From contig JAANOX010000070.1 of NCBI GenBank assembly GCA_020184695.1, positions 248,001-312,000 of the forward strand: a DNA stretch of 64,000 nt, in the 5' to 3' direction. Of this stretch, positions 10,222 to 19,213 are shown in pieces; within the stretch, counting starts at the first letter, position 1; each line of letters begins with the position of its first letter. The notes beneath the pieces are model-generated. The model did no database searches, was not told where the DNA came from, and was given only the letters and a program-made list of their open reading frames with translations. Origin of the DNA: Histomonas meleagridis 2922-C6/04-290x (lineage: Eukaryota > Protista > Parabasalia). A program made the position numbers and the translations under genes.

Positions 10222-11406
10222 ATGTCCAATCAAAATGATGAAATTATCAGTCAATTAGCATCATCATCAGATGAAATCAGGTATCATGGTTCAAATGCAT
10301 TTGTTGCGCAATCATTTCTTCATCCAGAAAAAGTTTTAAGAAATCTAAATGATCTTACTCTTGTTATTTACGCTCTTTGTTCTTCAACTGAACCAGAGTG
10401 GGGAACCATATCTGCTATTTTGTTTGGGATGTCCAATGCCATTAATATGAAGCCAGAAATGTTACAGGATTTATTTATTAGATTAGTGGAAATATCAGGA
10501 ACAATTACTAGTACATCACTTTCATTCCCATCCAAAGCTGAACCATTTTACCCGCATTTGTCAATTTTTTCGCAAGCAATAATAAATAATTTTAATTTCG
10601 AAATTACAAGAGAAGTAATACTTGCTATTACTGATCACAGTCTTATTGGTTATCTTTCAGATTCTTCCTTAGTTCAGATTCTTATAAACAATTTGGACAA
10701 AGTAATAACAATATGTAAAGGATTTGATTTTCACGACCTTAACAAGATTGCAACTCCAATGTCGAGCCGTAGCCCAAACATTTCCAACTTTTATTTAGCA
10801 TTATGGTCCAATATAATTCTTGAAATTCATGACAATCAATTTGCCACAAAAGCGCTTCGGGCACATGCAGCATCACTTACCAAGCACATTGACACCTATG
10901 AATCGTCCAAATTCTTACTTGACATGATTAAAGCATCACCAAAAGAGAAAGAACAACTTCTAAAATCTGGGCCACTAATCTGTAAAAGAGTTATTTCGCA
11001 TCTTAAACAACCACAGAATGCTTCAGAAAGTTCGACTTTCCAATCTGCCAAATCTACCAAACAAACAACATCAAGATTTAACATCTATAAAGCTCAAGTG
11101 GCAATAATAAAGAGCAAATTAATGTCATTGAGATCAAAGAAATGGGATGAAAATGCAGATTTAAAACTTGTCGAAGAAGCATCGATTTTATTTTGGTCAC
11201 ATGCAGGAAATTACGTACATAAAGGAGTTGCAGTACAATGTTCTGATATTGAAGAAATGCAATTGTTAAAGAAAGAGGCTGATAAAGAAAACGTGATAAA
11301 AATTACAATTGGAAGTTCAAAAACATCATACCTAATATCACTCCAAAATTATGTGCTTGCTTCACAATGGCAAAATTTGATAAAACAGGCGAAATTATCT
11401 GTCTAA
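10222..11406 (+). CDS. Hypothetical protein: helical (ARM/HEAT-like) N-terminal region plus C-terminal PH-like domain
   Basis: Long ORF with an Inr before the ATG. The C-terminal ~90 aa has a beta-rich pattern ending in helix LASQWQNLIKQA, typical of PH folds. Confidence 0.6.
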   Translation: MSNQNDEIISQLASSSDEIRYHGSNAFVAQSFLHPEKVLRNLNDLTLVIYALCSSTEPEWGTISAILFGMSNAINMKPEMLQDLFIRLVEISGTITSTSLSFPSKAEPFYPHLSIFSQAIINNFNFEITREVILAITDHSLIGYLSDSSLVQILINNLDKVITICKGFDFHDLNKIATPMSSRSPNISNFYLALWSNIILEIHDNQFATKALRAHAASLTKHIDTYESSKFLLDMIKASPKEKEQLLKSGPLICKRVISHLKQPQNASESSTFQSAKSTKQTTSRFNIYKAQVAIIKSKLMSLRSKKWDENADLKLVEEASILFWSHAGNYVHKGVAVQCSDIEEMQLLKKEADKENVIKITIGSSKTSYLISLQNYVLASQWQNLIKQAKLSV

Positions 11407-11582
11407 TAATAAAGATTTTCGTTCGATCGGAATTTGATTTTAATTTGAGCTTCAACAAAACTTGGCATGATCATTAGGCTGGAATAAAATACATTGGAAT
11501 CGATAATTTGGGATAAAACATTACAACTCCTTTTCCAATAAAAACGTTATATTCGGGGCACCTCAAACTAATTTTAAAACGG

Positions 11583-13124
11583 ATGTCGTATCTTCTGCAC
11601 GAAGTTTTACTTGGTGCATTAGGTATTAAAGGCGATCTAGAATTTTTTTCATCATCAGATAGTATATCTGCAATTGACTTAGAATTACTTCCACCAAGTG
11701 CAGGACCTTTAATTTCCAGAGTCAATGAATTAGGAAATACATACAGAATGATTGAGGAAACAATTGAACAACAACAACAAAATCCATACAATCAAGCTTT
11801 ATATGATTCTATTGATAATTATCTCGATCAATATCGAACAGTAATATTATCTGCTGAACAAGATATAACCAATGGGAAACTTACAACATTGACAGGACTT
11901 ATTGCACGCATTGAACCTTATCAACATGAATTACAATTTATTGGTCGAATTATTCCACCTATCCTTAATTCTACACCACTTGAAATGATGAACAAACTTC
12001 ACGAGTACTCTATAACATCGCCGCCATCTCTTTCATCAAAAATTTCCCTTTTTTTGTCTGCTCTTCATCAAGTTGCAATTACTCAATTAAATTGTTTTCT
12101 TTTTTATCACCAAAAAATTCCTGACATATTCGAAGAAACTTCCGATGGTTCGATTACATTCACCAAATCTCTCAATGCCACTTTCCTTCCCAAACAATTA
12201 TCTGATTTGCTTCTTCTCATTGTTTATTCATCGTCTCGTTGTACTGATTTATTCTCCAAATCTACTCCCCCATCATATACAAAACTTGAACAATGGATTA
12301 TTTCTATGTCAAGGACCACATCTCATCTTCTATCTTTAATGTTATCAGATAAATGGCCATCATTCTATCAATCACTTTCTTCACTATATTTGATTGGTCG
12401 TTCTGATTATGTTTCCATTATCGCACGTAAATCTGTTCAACCTTTTGCTTCATCATATGATTTGAATTGTTTACTTCCCAAATTCGAGCGACCGTTTAAC
12501 GTATCGTTTGACTTAACAAAAAAAGGTGTTATATTAAAATCAGATCTTACACCTCCAATTGATATGGTTGTCACTAATAACCATCAAATAATTCTTAGTG
12601 AAATGTTTCGGATATTTGTCCGTTTTTCTGCATCTGAAGAATGTCTTAATGATCTTTGGTGTGAAACCAAAAAGTTACCAAAAGTTTTTGGTTTTATTGG
12701 ATTAGTATATAAATTAATCTCTGCTCTTAAGGAGCATATTGTATTTGGCGTTATATGTCCATCACTTAAAACATTACAAAAGTCGAATGAGAATTTAACA
12801 GATTTCTTCAAGTTTAAAGCGATGTTTTCTGTATTTATGAAACAGATTTCAGAAAATTTACCAATAACAAATAATGAATTCCAAAATTTAATGGATGAAT
12901 TATGTGATAAGGTAATATATTTACATCAATTGTTCGTTGAGAAGTCGTTGTTGCAGAAAATGAATTCGAAACAAATGTTCGAAGTTATCGCAGAAGTCGG
13001 AAACGGAATAATTTTATGCGCAACAAAAATTGGTGAAATAATGAATAAAAATGACGAAATTGGTATAAATTTAATCAATAGAATCACCAAATTTACAAAC
13101 TGTATTCAGATGTATTGCAAATAA
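11583..13124 (+). CDS. TUBGCP4: Gamma-tubulin complex component (Spc97/Spc98 family), GCP4-like
   Basis: N-terminus LLHEVLLGALGIKGD resembles GCP4 MIHELLLALSG. YLIGRSDY resembles the GRIP2 motif FYLLGRGE. No long N-terminal extension. Confidence 0.72.
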   Translation: MSYLLHEVLLGALGIKGDLEFFSSSDSISAIDLELLPPSAGPLISRVNELGNTYRMIEETIEQQQQNPYNQALYDSIDNYLDQYRTVILSAEQDITNGKLTTLTGLIARIEPYQHELQFIGRIIPPILNSTPLEMMNKLHEYSITSPPSLSSKISLFLSALHQVAITQLNCFLFYHQKIPDIFEETSDGSITFTKSLNATFLPKQLSDLLLLIVYSSSRCTDLFSKSTPPSYTKLEQWIISMSRTTSHLLSLMLSDKWPSFYQSLSSLYLIGRSDYVSIIARKSVQPFASSYDLNCLLPKFERPFNVSFDLTKKGVILKSDLTPPIDMVVTNNHQIILSEMFRIFVRFSASEECLNDLWCETKKLPKVFGFIGLVYKLISALKEHIVFGVICPSLKTLQKSNENLTDFFKFKAMFSVFMKQISENLPITNNEFQNLMDELCDKVIYLHQLFVEKSLLQKMNSKQMFEVIAEVGNGIILCATKIGEIMNKNDEIGINLINRITKFTNCIQMYCK

Positions 13125-13453
13125 TAAATGTTTTATTGTTTTCGAATTTTTTTTAAATTGTTTATTTAAAATATTTTTTATTTCCTGAATATAAAAACAG
13201 AAATTAATGTGTAAAGAAATACAAGTGTTTGGATGATTTTTGGTTCTTTGATATGAAAACGGAAATATTCCCACCTTAGGGTTAATTATTGGAAAAATCT
13301 GTAATCAAAAACATTTTAAATTGTAAATGATATCATGTGTTTATTCATTTTTTAAACACGAAATAGGAAATTTGTATATTGAAAAAAAAATTAATTCATT
13401 TTATCTTTCCTTAGATTTCTATTCACAAAAAGAAATGGATTCAAACAAATGAT

Positions 13454-14590
13454 TTATTTTTCCAAAGCATCATAAAACTTTTTCCACATTACATCCCAAC
13501 TTGTCATTGGTTGCAACGCATTCTTTTTCAGTTCATCCAAATCGATTTCCTTTGAAATGCAAATTTTTATAATGTAATTTCTCAACTCTTCGTCATCCTT
13601 AAAAACAAATCCCTTATTTCCATTAACAATTTCATGCATTGGTCCATGCTTTGCAACTAATATAGGAATTTGTGCTCCAATTGCATCTGTAACTTCAGGT
13701 GCAAAATCGAGACCGTTAACAGAACCATCGAAAACGATACATAAATCGGAGCACCCCAAAACATGAGAATATGCATCAGTGTTAATAGGCACGAAATGTA
13801 GTTGTACATGATTTTGTTCTTGATCTGCAGGAAACATTTGTTCAATTGATCTTTGAACTTTCGGATTTCCTTGAATAATAAATGATATATCTACTTCATA
13901 CGATTCGAGACTTATTGTCAGTTCGAAAAATTTTCGTAATAAACTATCGTGAAGAATAGGAAAAGGAATACTTACGATTAATGTATCCGGATTACTACGT
14001 CCTAGAAAGCTTAGTACTTCTGACTTGATGCTTGTGTCATGTTTAAAGGTCGCGCCCGGTGGATCATAAATAAGAAATGAATCACATTTCAAAAAATTGA
14101 GAAGCACTTGAAGAGCTTTGGTAGAGCACACACGATAAGAAGTACAAGTAACGATGCGTTTCCCATATCTCCCATATAATGTATTGGATTTGACCCAACG
14201 TAAATTTTGGATATCAAAAATAAGTTTTGCATGAAATATCAAAGCAAGGTACTTAGAAAAAATATGAGAAGAAATAGTGGAGTCAAGGTTCGTTAATACG
14301 AAATCTATTTGTTTTAGAGAATAATATAAGAAATTTAATTGAAAGAAATAGAAAACGAAACTAATTGGGGATAATAAGTAATTTATAAGTTTAAATCGGA
14401 GTTCTGGGAAGTGGTAAATATATTTGTGTTGAATATTTGGTGATTGCTCAATATCTTTTGGTAATGATGTAATATCTGATCCAACTAAAAAAACTTTTGT
14501 ATCAGGTTGGCTTGCAAATGATTTAGCATGCCGGAGAAGTCTGTATTTCCTTCCAATGTCATCAAAAGAAAAAATTAAAACAGCCGGCAT
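13454..14590 (-). CDS. ALG1: Divergent ALG1-like beta-1,4-mannosyltransferase (GT33/GT-B fold)
   Basis: DDIGRKYRLLRHAKSFA corresponds to ALG1 GDVGRSPRMQYHALSLA. GCSDLCIV...SVNGLDFAPEVTDAIGAQIPI...HEIVNGNKGFVF corresponds to SSSGLDLPMKVVDMFG...ELV. First ATG at 14590. Confidence 0.72.
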   Translation of the reverse strand: MPAVLIFSFDDIGRKYRLLRHAKSFASQPDTKVFLVGSDITSLPKDIEQSPNIQHKYIYHFPELRFKLINYLLSPISFVFYFFQLNFLYYSLKQIDFVLTNLDSTISSHIFSKYLALIFHAKLIFDIQNLRWVKSNTLYGRYGKRIVTCTSYRVCSTKALQVLLNFLKCDSFLIYDPPGATFKHDTSIKSEVLSFLGRSNPDTLIVSIPFPILHDSLLRKFFELTISLESYEVDISFIIQGNPKVQRSIEQMFPADQEQNHVQLHFVPINTDAYSHVLGCSDLCIVFDGSVNGLDFAPEVTDAIGAQIPILVAKHGPMHEIVNGNKGFVFKDDEELRNYIIKICISKEIDLDELKKNALQPMTSWDVMWKKFYDALEK

Positions 14591-14747
14591 TTTGTTCAAA
14601 CAAACAAATTTAATATTATGTCGCCAAAAAATGCAAAACCTTCTAAAAAAAATGATCAACGAACATAAAAGCCTGATTCTCCTAAGCCTCAAAATAATAT
14701 CCCCTAATTAAAAAAAATATTGAAACCTTCTATTTATTAATTTAAAA

Positions 14748-15110
14748 TCATTTTTCCTTCTCGAGAAGTGGAGTTTCAGTAGTTGGGGCCAAAGTTGTTG
14801 ATCCAATTGCAGAGAATTGGATCTTCTTTTTAACAGCTTCATCATCTTCTTTTGGAGGGAATGGATGTTTACGACGGTACCAGAAGTTTATTCCGCACAA
14901 GATAACTATAACCACATAAATTATCCATGCGTAGAAGATATTTCGAGCATTTTCTATGTTTGACCGAGAAAAATGTCCGATATTTCCTGGTTTATCTAAA
15001 TAGAAAAGTAATGCAATAATACCCAAGAAGAAGAAAGCCCATATTCCAATGAAGATCCAGCAGACTGCACAACCTGGCCCACAAAGGCAACGTACCAAAG
15101 AGTTGACCAT
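14748..15110 (-). CDS. RNASEK: RNase kappa / V-ATPase subunit f-like two-TM protein
   Basis: LCGPGCAVCWIFIGIWAFFFLGIIALLF parallels [34 protein letters not shown]. Second TM NARNIFYAWIIYVVIVILC parallels SYNCFIAAGLYLLLGGFS. Inr TCACTT upstream. Confidence 0.62.
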   Translation of the reverse strand: MVNSLVRCLCGPGCAVCWIFIGIWAFFFLGIIALLFYLDKPGNIGHFSRSNIENARNIFYAWIIYVVIVILCGINFWYRRKHPFPPKEDDEAVKKKIQFSAIGSTTLAPTTETPLLEKEK

Positions 15111-15287
15111 TTGTTTTTTGGCTTTTGAATAAAAAAGTGACGCTTGTGATGATCGCTATTTGAATAGAAACCGAATTTCAGGCCAAAATCTGTGATGATA
15201 GAAAAAGTTAAAACTTTTATCGTCAGTTTTCTTCTTTTGGATGGAAAACAAAAAAAAAAAAAATGAAACATATCAAAGAGTTATTTT

Positions 15288-16424
15288 TTATTTGTTGAAT
15301 TCAGAAGTGAAGCGTGTTGTTATATTATTTCCATTCACATCTATCACAGCAATTGCGTTATTTTTAATGTATTGAGAAACATAGATTACATTAGTGCCGT
15401 CAAAGCATTCATGTAAATTAAATAAATGTGTGCCTGTGAGTATTATATTTGGCGGATTTTCTGGGACAAGTTTTGAAATGTATTGAATTTGAAGATTAGG
15501 ACTCATTGCTGGACAAGCTGAGTTTTGATACGCAATCTGTCGTGCAACATTTATACGCCTTGATTCTCCTTCGCCACTATAGTTCTGATTGATCGAAAGA
15601 GGTATATCGTTGGCGGTTGCGAGAACGTTAATCTGATCCATCAAAGTGACAAAGCAAGGATCGCCGAAAACATTCGCTCGGCCATTATACTGCGCAAACT
15701 TTGGGTGAGGAATTACGGGGAGAGCGAGGGCATCTTCTGTAGATGGTATAAAAACAGAATCTTCAATTCCTTCACTTAACTTATCTAAAACAAGTTGTGT
15801 GAGCTCAAAAGCAGTGTATTCACAATTAGGACTCATGAGAAGAACATTATTAGGCTGAACAAATGGACCAAGGAATATCACAAAATCTGGACTGTAGCTT
15901 TTGATTTTAGCATTTAATTCTGCAACTGTTTCAAGATTATCTGTAAAGTATGGACCTGTAGCAACAATTAATTTTGTCTTCAAATCTTCTTGAAAAGCAT
16001 TAGGCTTATTTGGACGTGCATCTGTGTAAATTTTGCTGGGGATAAATTCATCAGAATTGATCGTACCTTCAGCTGCAATAATTTGTCCTCTAAATAGTCC
16101 AGGTTCAACTCCATTAGGAAGAGTGAATTTCAAAAAGGGAATGTTGAAATCTGGAGTGAAATGTATTTGTGCATTTGATAAATTAAAGTGTTCTGATGGG
16201 TCATCTTCTTGGAACCCACTATACATTCTACCGTATACTAAAACATTATTAATTTCTGCTCTTTCTAAGTCATAAGTCCATTCTTCTTCTATGTTATTAG
16301 CTTTTTTAATTCTTTCTCCAACATTTCTAACATAATTTTGAAGTTCTAATTGTAGACTATCGATGTCATGATTAAAGAAACGGCCATGTTGCTGTTGGTC
16401 AAAGACATCTGATATTTCGTACAT
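15288..16424 (-). CDS. POLA2: DNA polymerase alpha subunit B (Pol12)
   Basis: OB-fold motif GLFRGQIIAAEG, and inactive phosphoesterase motifs VATGPY, DFVIFLGPFV, VFIPSTEDA and VFGDPC. Confidence 0.85.
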   Translation of the reverse strand: MYEISDVFDQQQHGRFFNHDIDSLQLELQNYVRNVGERIKKANNIEEEWTYDLERAEINNVLVYGRMYSGFQEDDPSEHFNLSNAQIHFTPDFNIPFLKFTLPNGVEPGLFRGQIIAAEGTINSDEFIPSKIYTDARPNKPNAFQEDLKTKLIVATGPYFTDNLETVAELNAKIKSYSPDFVIFLGPFVQPNNVLLMSPNCEYTAFELTQLVLDKLSEGIEDSVFIPSTEDALALPVIPHPKFAQYNGRANVFGDPCFVTLMDQINVLATANDIPLSINQNYSGEGESRRINVARQIAYQNSACPAMSPNLQIQYISKLVPENPPNIILTGTHLFNLHECFDGTNVIYVSQYIKNNAIAVIDVNGNNITTRFTSEFNK

Positions 16425-16679
16425 TTTTTAATGTAAAGTATTCAAAATGAGCCACCTCACTTCAATAAATAAACGTCTTTGTTAAATTTGAGATGGCAAG
16501 AAAATTATAAAGCAATATTGTTTAATTTTATAATGATGGATATCAAATCATTTTATATTAGAAAAAATTGTTACACAATATTAATAACTTGAAAGAAGAT
16601 ATCAAAATCAATTTTAATCCAAATTTATTTATTATATAAAATAAAATGAATGATTTCGACAATATATATGTTAATTAAT

Positions 16680-17882
16680 TTATATTTCGAAACTAGATTT
16701 CTTTGAGAGAAAACTCTCCAAAAATTCCTTTGCATTTTGATAATATTCTTTTGTCACGCCCATTGCCGAATTTATACAAATTGATCTTGATTTCTTATGA
16801 TCGATTCCTGCGAAAGGGTTATCATTTCCTTTATAATAAAAGAATCGTGAATTATCATATAAATCAGGACCGTACAGTTGCACAAACTTACACAAATCCT
16901 TATACGCGACACACGTTTGCATTACCGAAGGTTGGAACTCGAAATCGGGGAAAGTCCGAAAATGTTTTTTCATTGTTTCATTAATTTCAATAGGGAACAA
17001 TTCATTAACTTTACGCAATAATGTAAGAGAAGAAGTAAAAACAGTATGCGGCACTTCGCCTTTAGGTGAAACTTTAGTACGATTATTACATGCGCTAATT
17101 GTGTAATGTAATGATGCCCAAAATTCTTTACCATCTCCATCATTTACATTAGTAAGTCGATATATATTATACAATCGATGAACACCAATCCAATCATTCT
17201 TCTTTGCATATATAATTGGTAAATGCGTTTTCTCATCAAAGAATTCCCATTTGGAAGTTGGACGCGATAAAAAGACATCATCATTGAAATAAAGAAAATG
17301 TTCAGATAGTCCTGGAATGTTTACAATCCCATGCTCAATGACATTGGAATTATATGTGGGTAATGCAAACTTGGGTAATATTTGTGAATGATCAATATAA
17401 ACTATCTTTGGATGATTTGGTTTGACAAATGGAATCGTTTGATTATCAGTGATAACAAAGATTTTATGGACCCACGGAGCATATTGTTCAATGCTTCGAA
17501 GGGAATAACGAATTTCTTCGATGTCTTCAAAACGAACTTTGTCAAGTTTTGCATTACTTTGCCTTCCATATTGTATTTCGACTTTCCGTTTCTTGTTTTG
17601 CCAAAGTGGATCATCACCATTGACATATGTATAAACAATGTCAACATCAATGTCGTCTGATAGGCTTTCTAGAGGAGTTGAAATAGGAGATGGGGTTGGG
17701 TTTGGAGTTAGAATTGGGGTTGCATTTGCGCTTTGTTCTTTTTTATTTCCTGATAATGAAATTGTTAATATTCCGTGGATAAAATTATTTGAATCATCTA
17801 AAAACGAAAAAATATAAAGGCATAATGCAAGCGTCAAAATGAAAATAAGTTTTTTTGTGTTCGTTATTGCGAATTTCGTTTT
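16680..17882 (-). pseudogene. Stealth-family hexose-1-phosphate transferase, type II membrane protein, lacking an in-frame ATG
   Basis: CR1 DVDIVYTYVNGDDP, CR2 RYSLRSIEQYAPWVHKIFVIT...IDH...PTYNSNVIE...IPGLSEHFLYFNDDVF, CR4 ICINS. No Met before residue ~290, and an in-frame TAA at 17883-17885. Confidence 0.7.
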
Positions 17883-18319
17883 TTAGGAGCTTTAAATGTT
17901 TTGTTCTTTTTGGTTTTGTTTGCACCGATAGGATTTTCAATGCGACGATGATTTATTTCATTCGAACTGAAATACAACGAGTGGATATTATCATCCAATT
18001 ACATTAGATCATACCAAATAACTTATTATTTGTCAAGTGAAGTCTGATTTTTATTTGTTTAATTTGCATATGAATTAAGTGTCAAATTTGGTGTTTGAAA
18101 ATTACAATTTTTTATTTGAGATAGAAAATAAAGAATAATTATCTAATGAAATTATATACATTTATTCCATCATAAAGTTTAACCATGAACAGCATTCATT
18201 TCCATTTTTGAAATGATAACCAATTTTTTAAATTTTGCGACACATATCAAATCTAATTGACCTATAGAAGCAAGATATTTAAGTTTATAAAAAAAATTAA
18301 TTTTCCTAATTTATTTAAA

Positions 18320-18829
18320 TTACTTCTTTTTGTCATCTTGTGCATCATCTTTTGGATAGGTGTATCGCAGCGCCCATGCATTTTCGCCATCAGCGTAATA
18401 CTTAGGATCGAGTTTCAAGAATTTGTATCCCAGAGTTCTTTCATACAATATGTGTCCTGCCCTATTCGTTTCTCTCACATGCAAATTCACAAACTCTGCT
18501 TTGTGGCATTCCCTAAGGGCCGTGTGTGTGTATGATAATAATTTTGTAGCAAATCCTAATTTTCGATATCTTGAATAAACAGCAACTGAAGTAATTGCAC
18601 CATGAAGAGGCACAGGGGGCTTGCTATTGCGTCCTTCTTCATCTACTTTACCAAGTACATATCCAAGTATTTTCCCATTTTTGTTCACAGCAACATGAGA
18701 TGATTGTGGTGAGAGAAGATAATGATATAACCAATACCACATATGATAATTTTCAGCAAGGCAATGAAGGTTAGCGTTTTGAAGTTGAATTAAATCATGA
18801 ACTTTGAATCTTCTCAGGCTGATAGGCAT
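18320..18829 (-). CDS. NAA10: N-alpha-acetyltransferase 10 (ARD1), NatA catalytic subunit
   Basis: DLIQLQNANLHCLAENYHMWYWLYH, GKILGYVLGK, HGAITSVAV..RYRKLGFATKL, LHVRETN and PKYYADGENA. Confidence 0.93.
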   Translation of the reverse strand: MPISLRRFKVHDLIQLQNANLHCLAENYHMWYWLYHYLLSPQSSHVAVNKNGKILGYVLGKVDEEGRNSKPPVPLHGAITSVAVYSRYRKLGFATKLLSYTHTALRECHKAEFVNLHVRETNRAGHILYERTLGYKFLKLDPKYYADGENAWALRYTYPKDDAQDDKKK

Positions 18830-19182
18830 AAAAGTGGCTATACAATTACCGTTAGAGAAATAATTGACTAAGTTCGTTCACATCCAAATTTCTTTTTTAA
18901 TAAATAAGATTGTTATTTCATAGTGTCTAATGAAAACCACATTATATTCTTGCATAATATCTAACTAATGCAAGTTGAAAGATATTAGAATTAACAAAAT
19001 TAATGCAAGAAAATTATTTTACACAATACATTTTAAAATGAATTCTCAATGAATTTAGTTGGAATATTACCAATCTCATATCAATTTATTTATAGATACT
19101 TATGTAAAATGAATATTTTAAACATTAAAATGGTTTAATATATTTTTCACATCATATTTCAGTGATATTTTGAATCCGAATA

Positions 19183-19190
19183 AACGGTTG
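19183..19190 (+). promoter_or_regulatory. M3-like core promoter element AACGGTTG upstream of eIF3c
   Basis: Fits the trichomonad Myb-type M3 consensus DRCSGTTD, about 25 nt before the ATG at 19214. Confidence 0.4.
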
Positions 19191-19213
19191 AAAGGTTTGA
19201 CCACTCCATCCAA

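Noticed and set aside
13276-13282. TTAGGG telomere-like hexamer
   Set aside because: Single isolated copy.
17999-18004. ATG-TAA and other in-frame TAA/TAG codons as a sign of a reassigned genetic code (TAR=Gln)
   Set aside because: Conserved genes (PP2A-A, NAA10, PSMA2, POLA2) end at TAA at the expected lengths and use CAA/CAG for Gln, so the code is standard.
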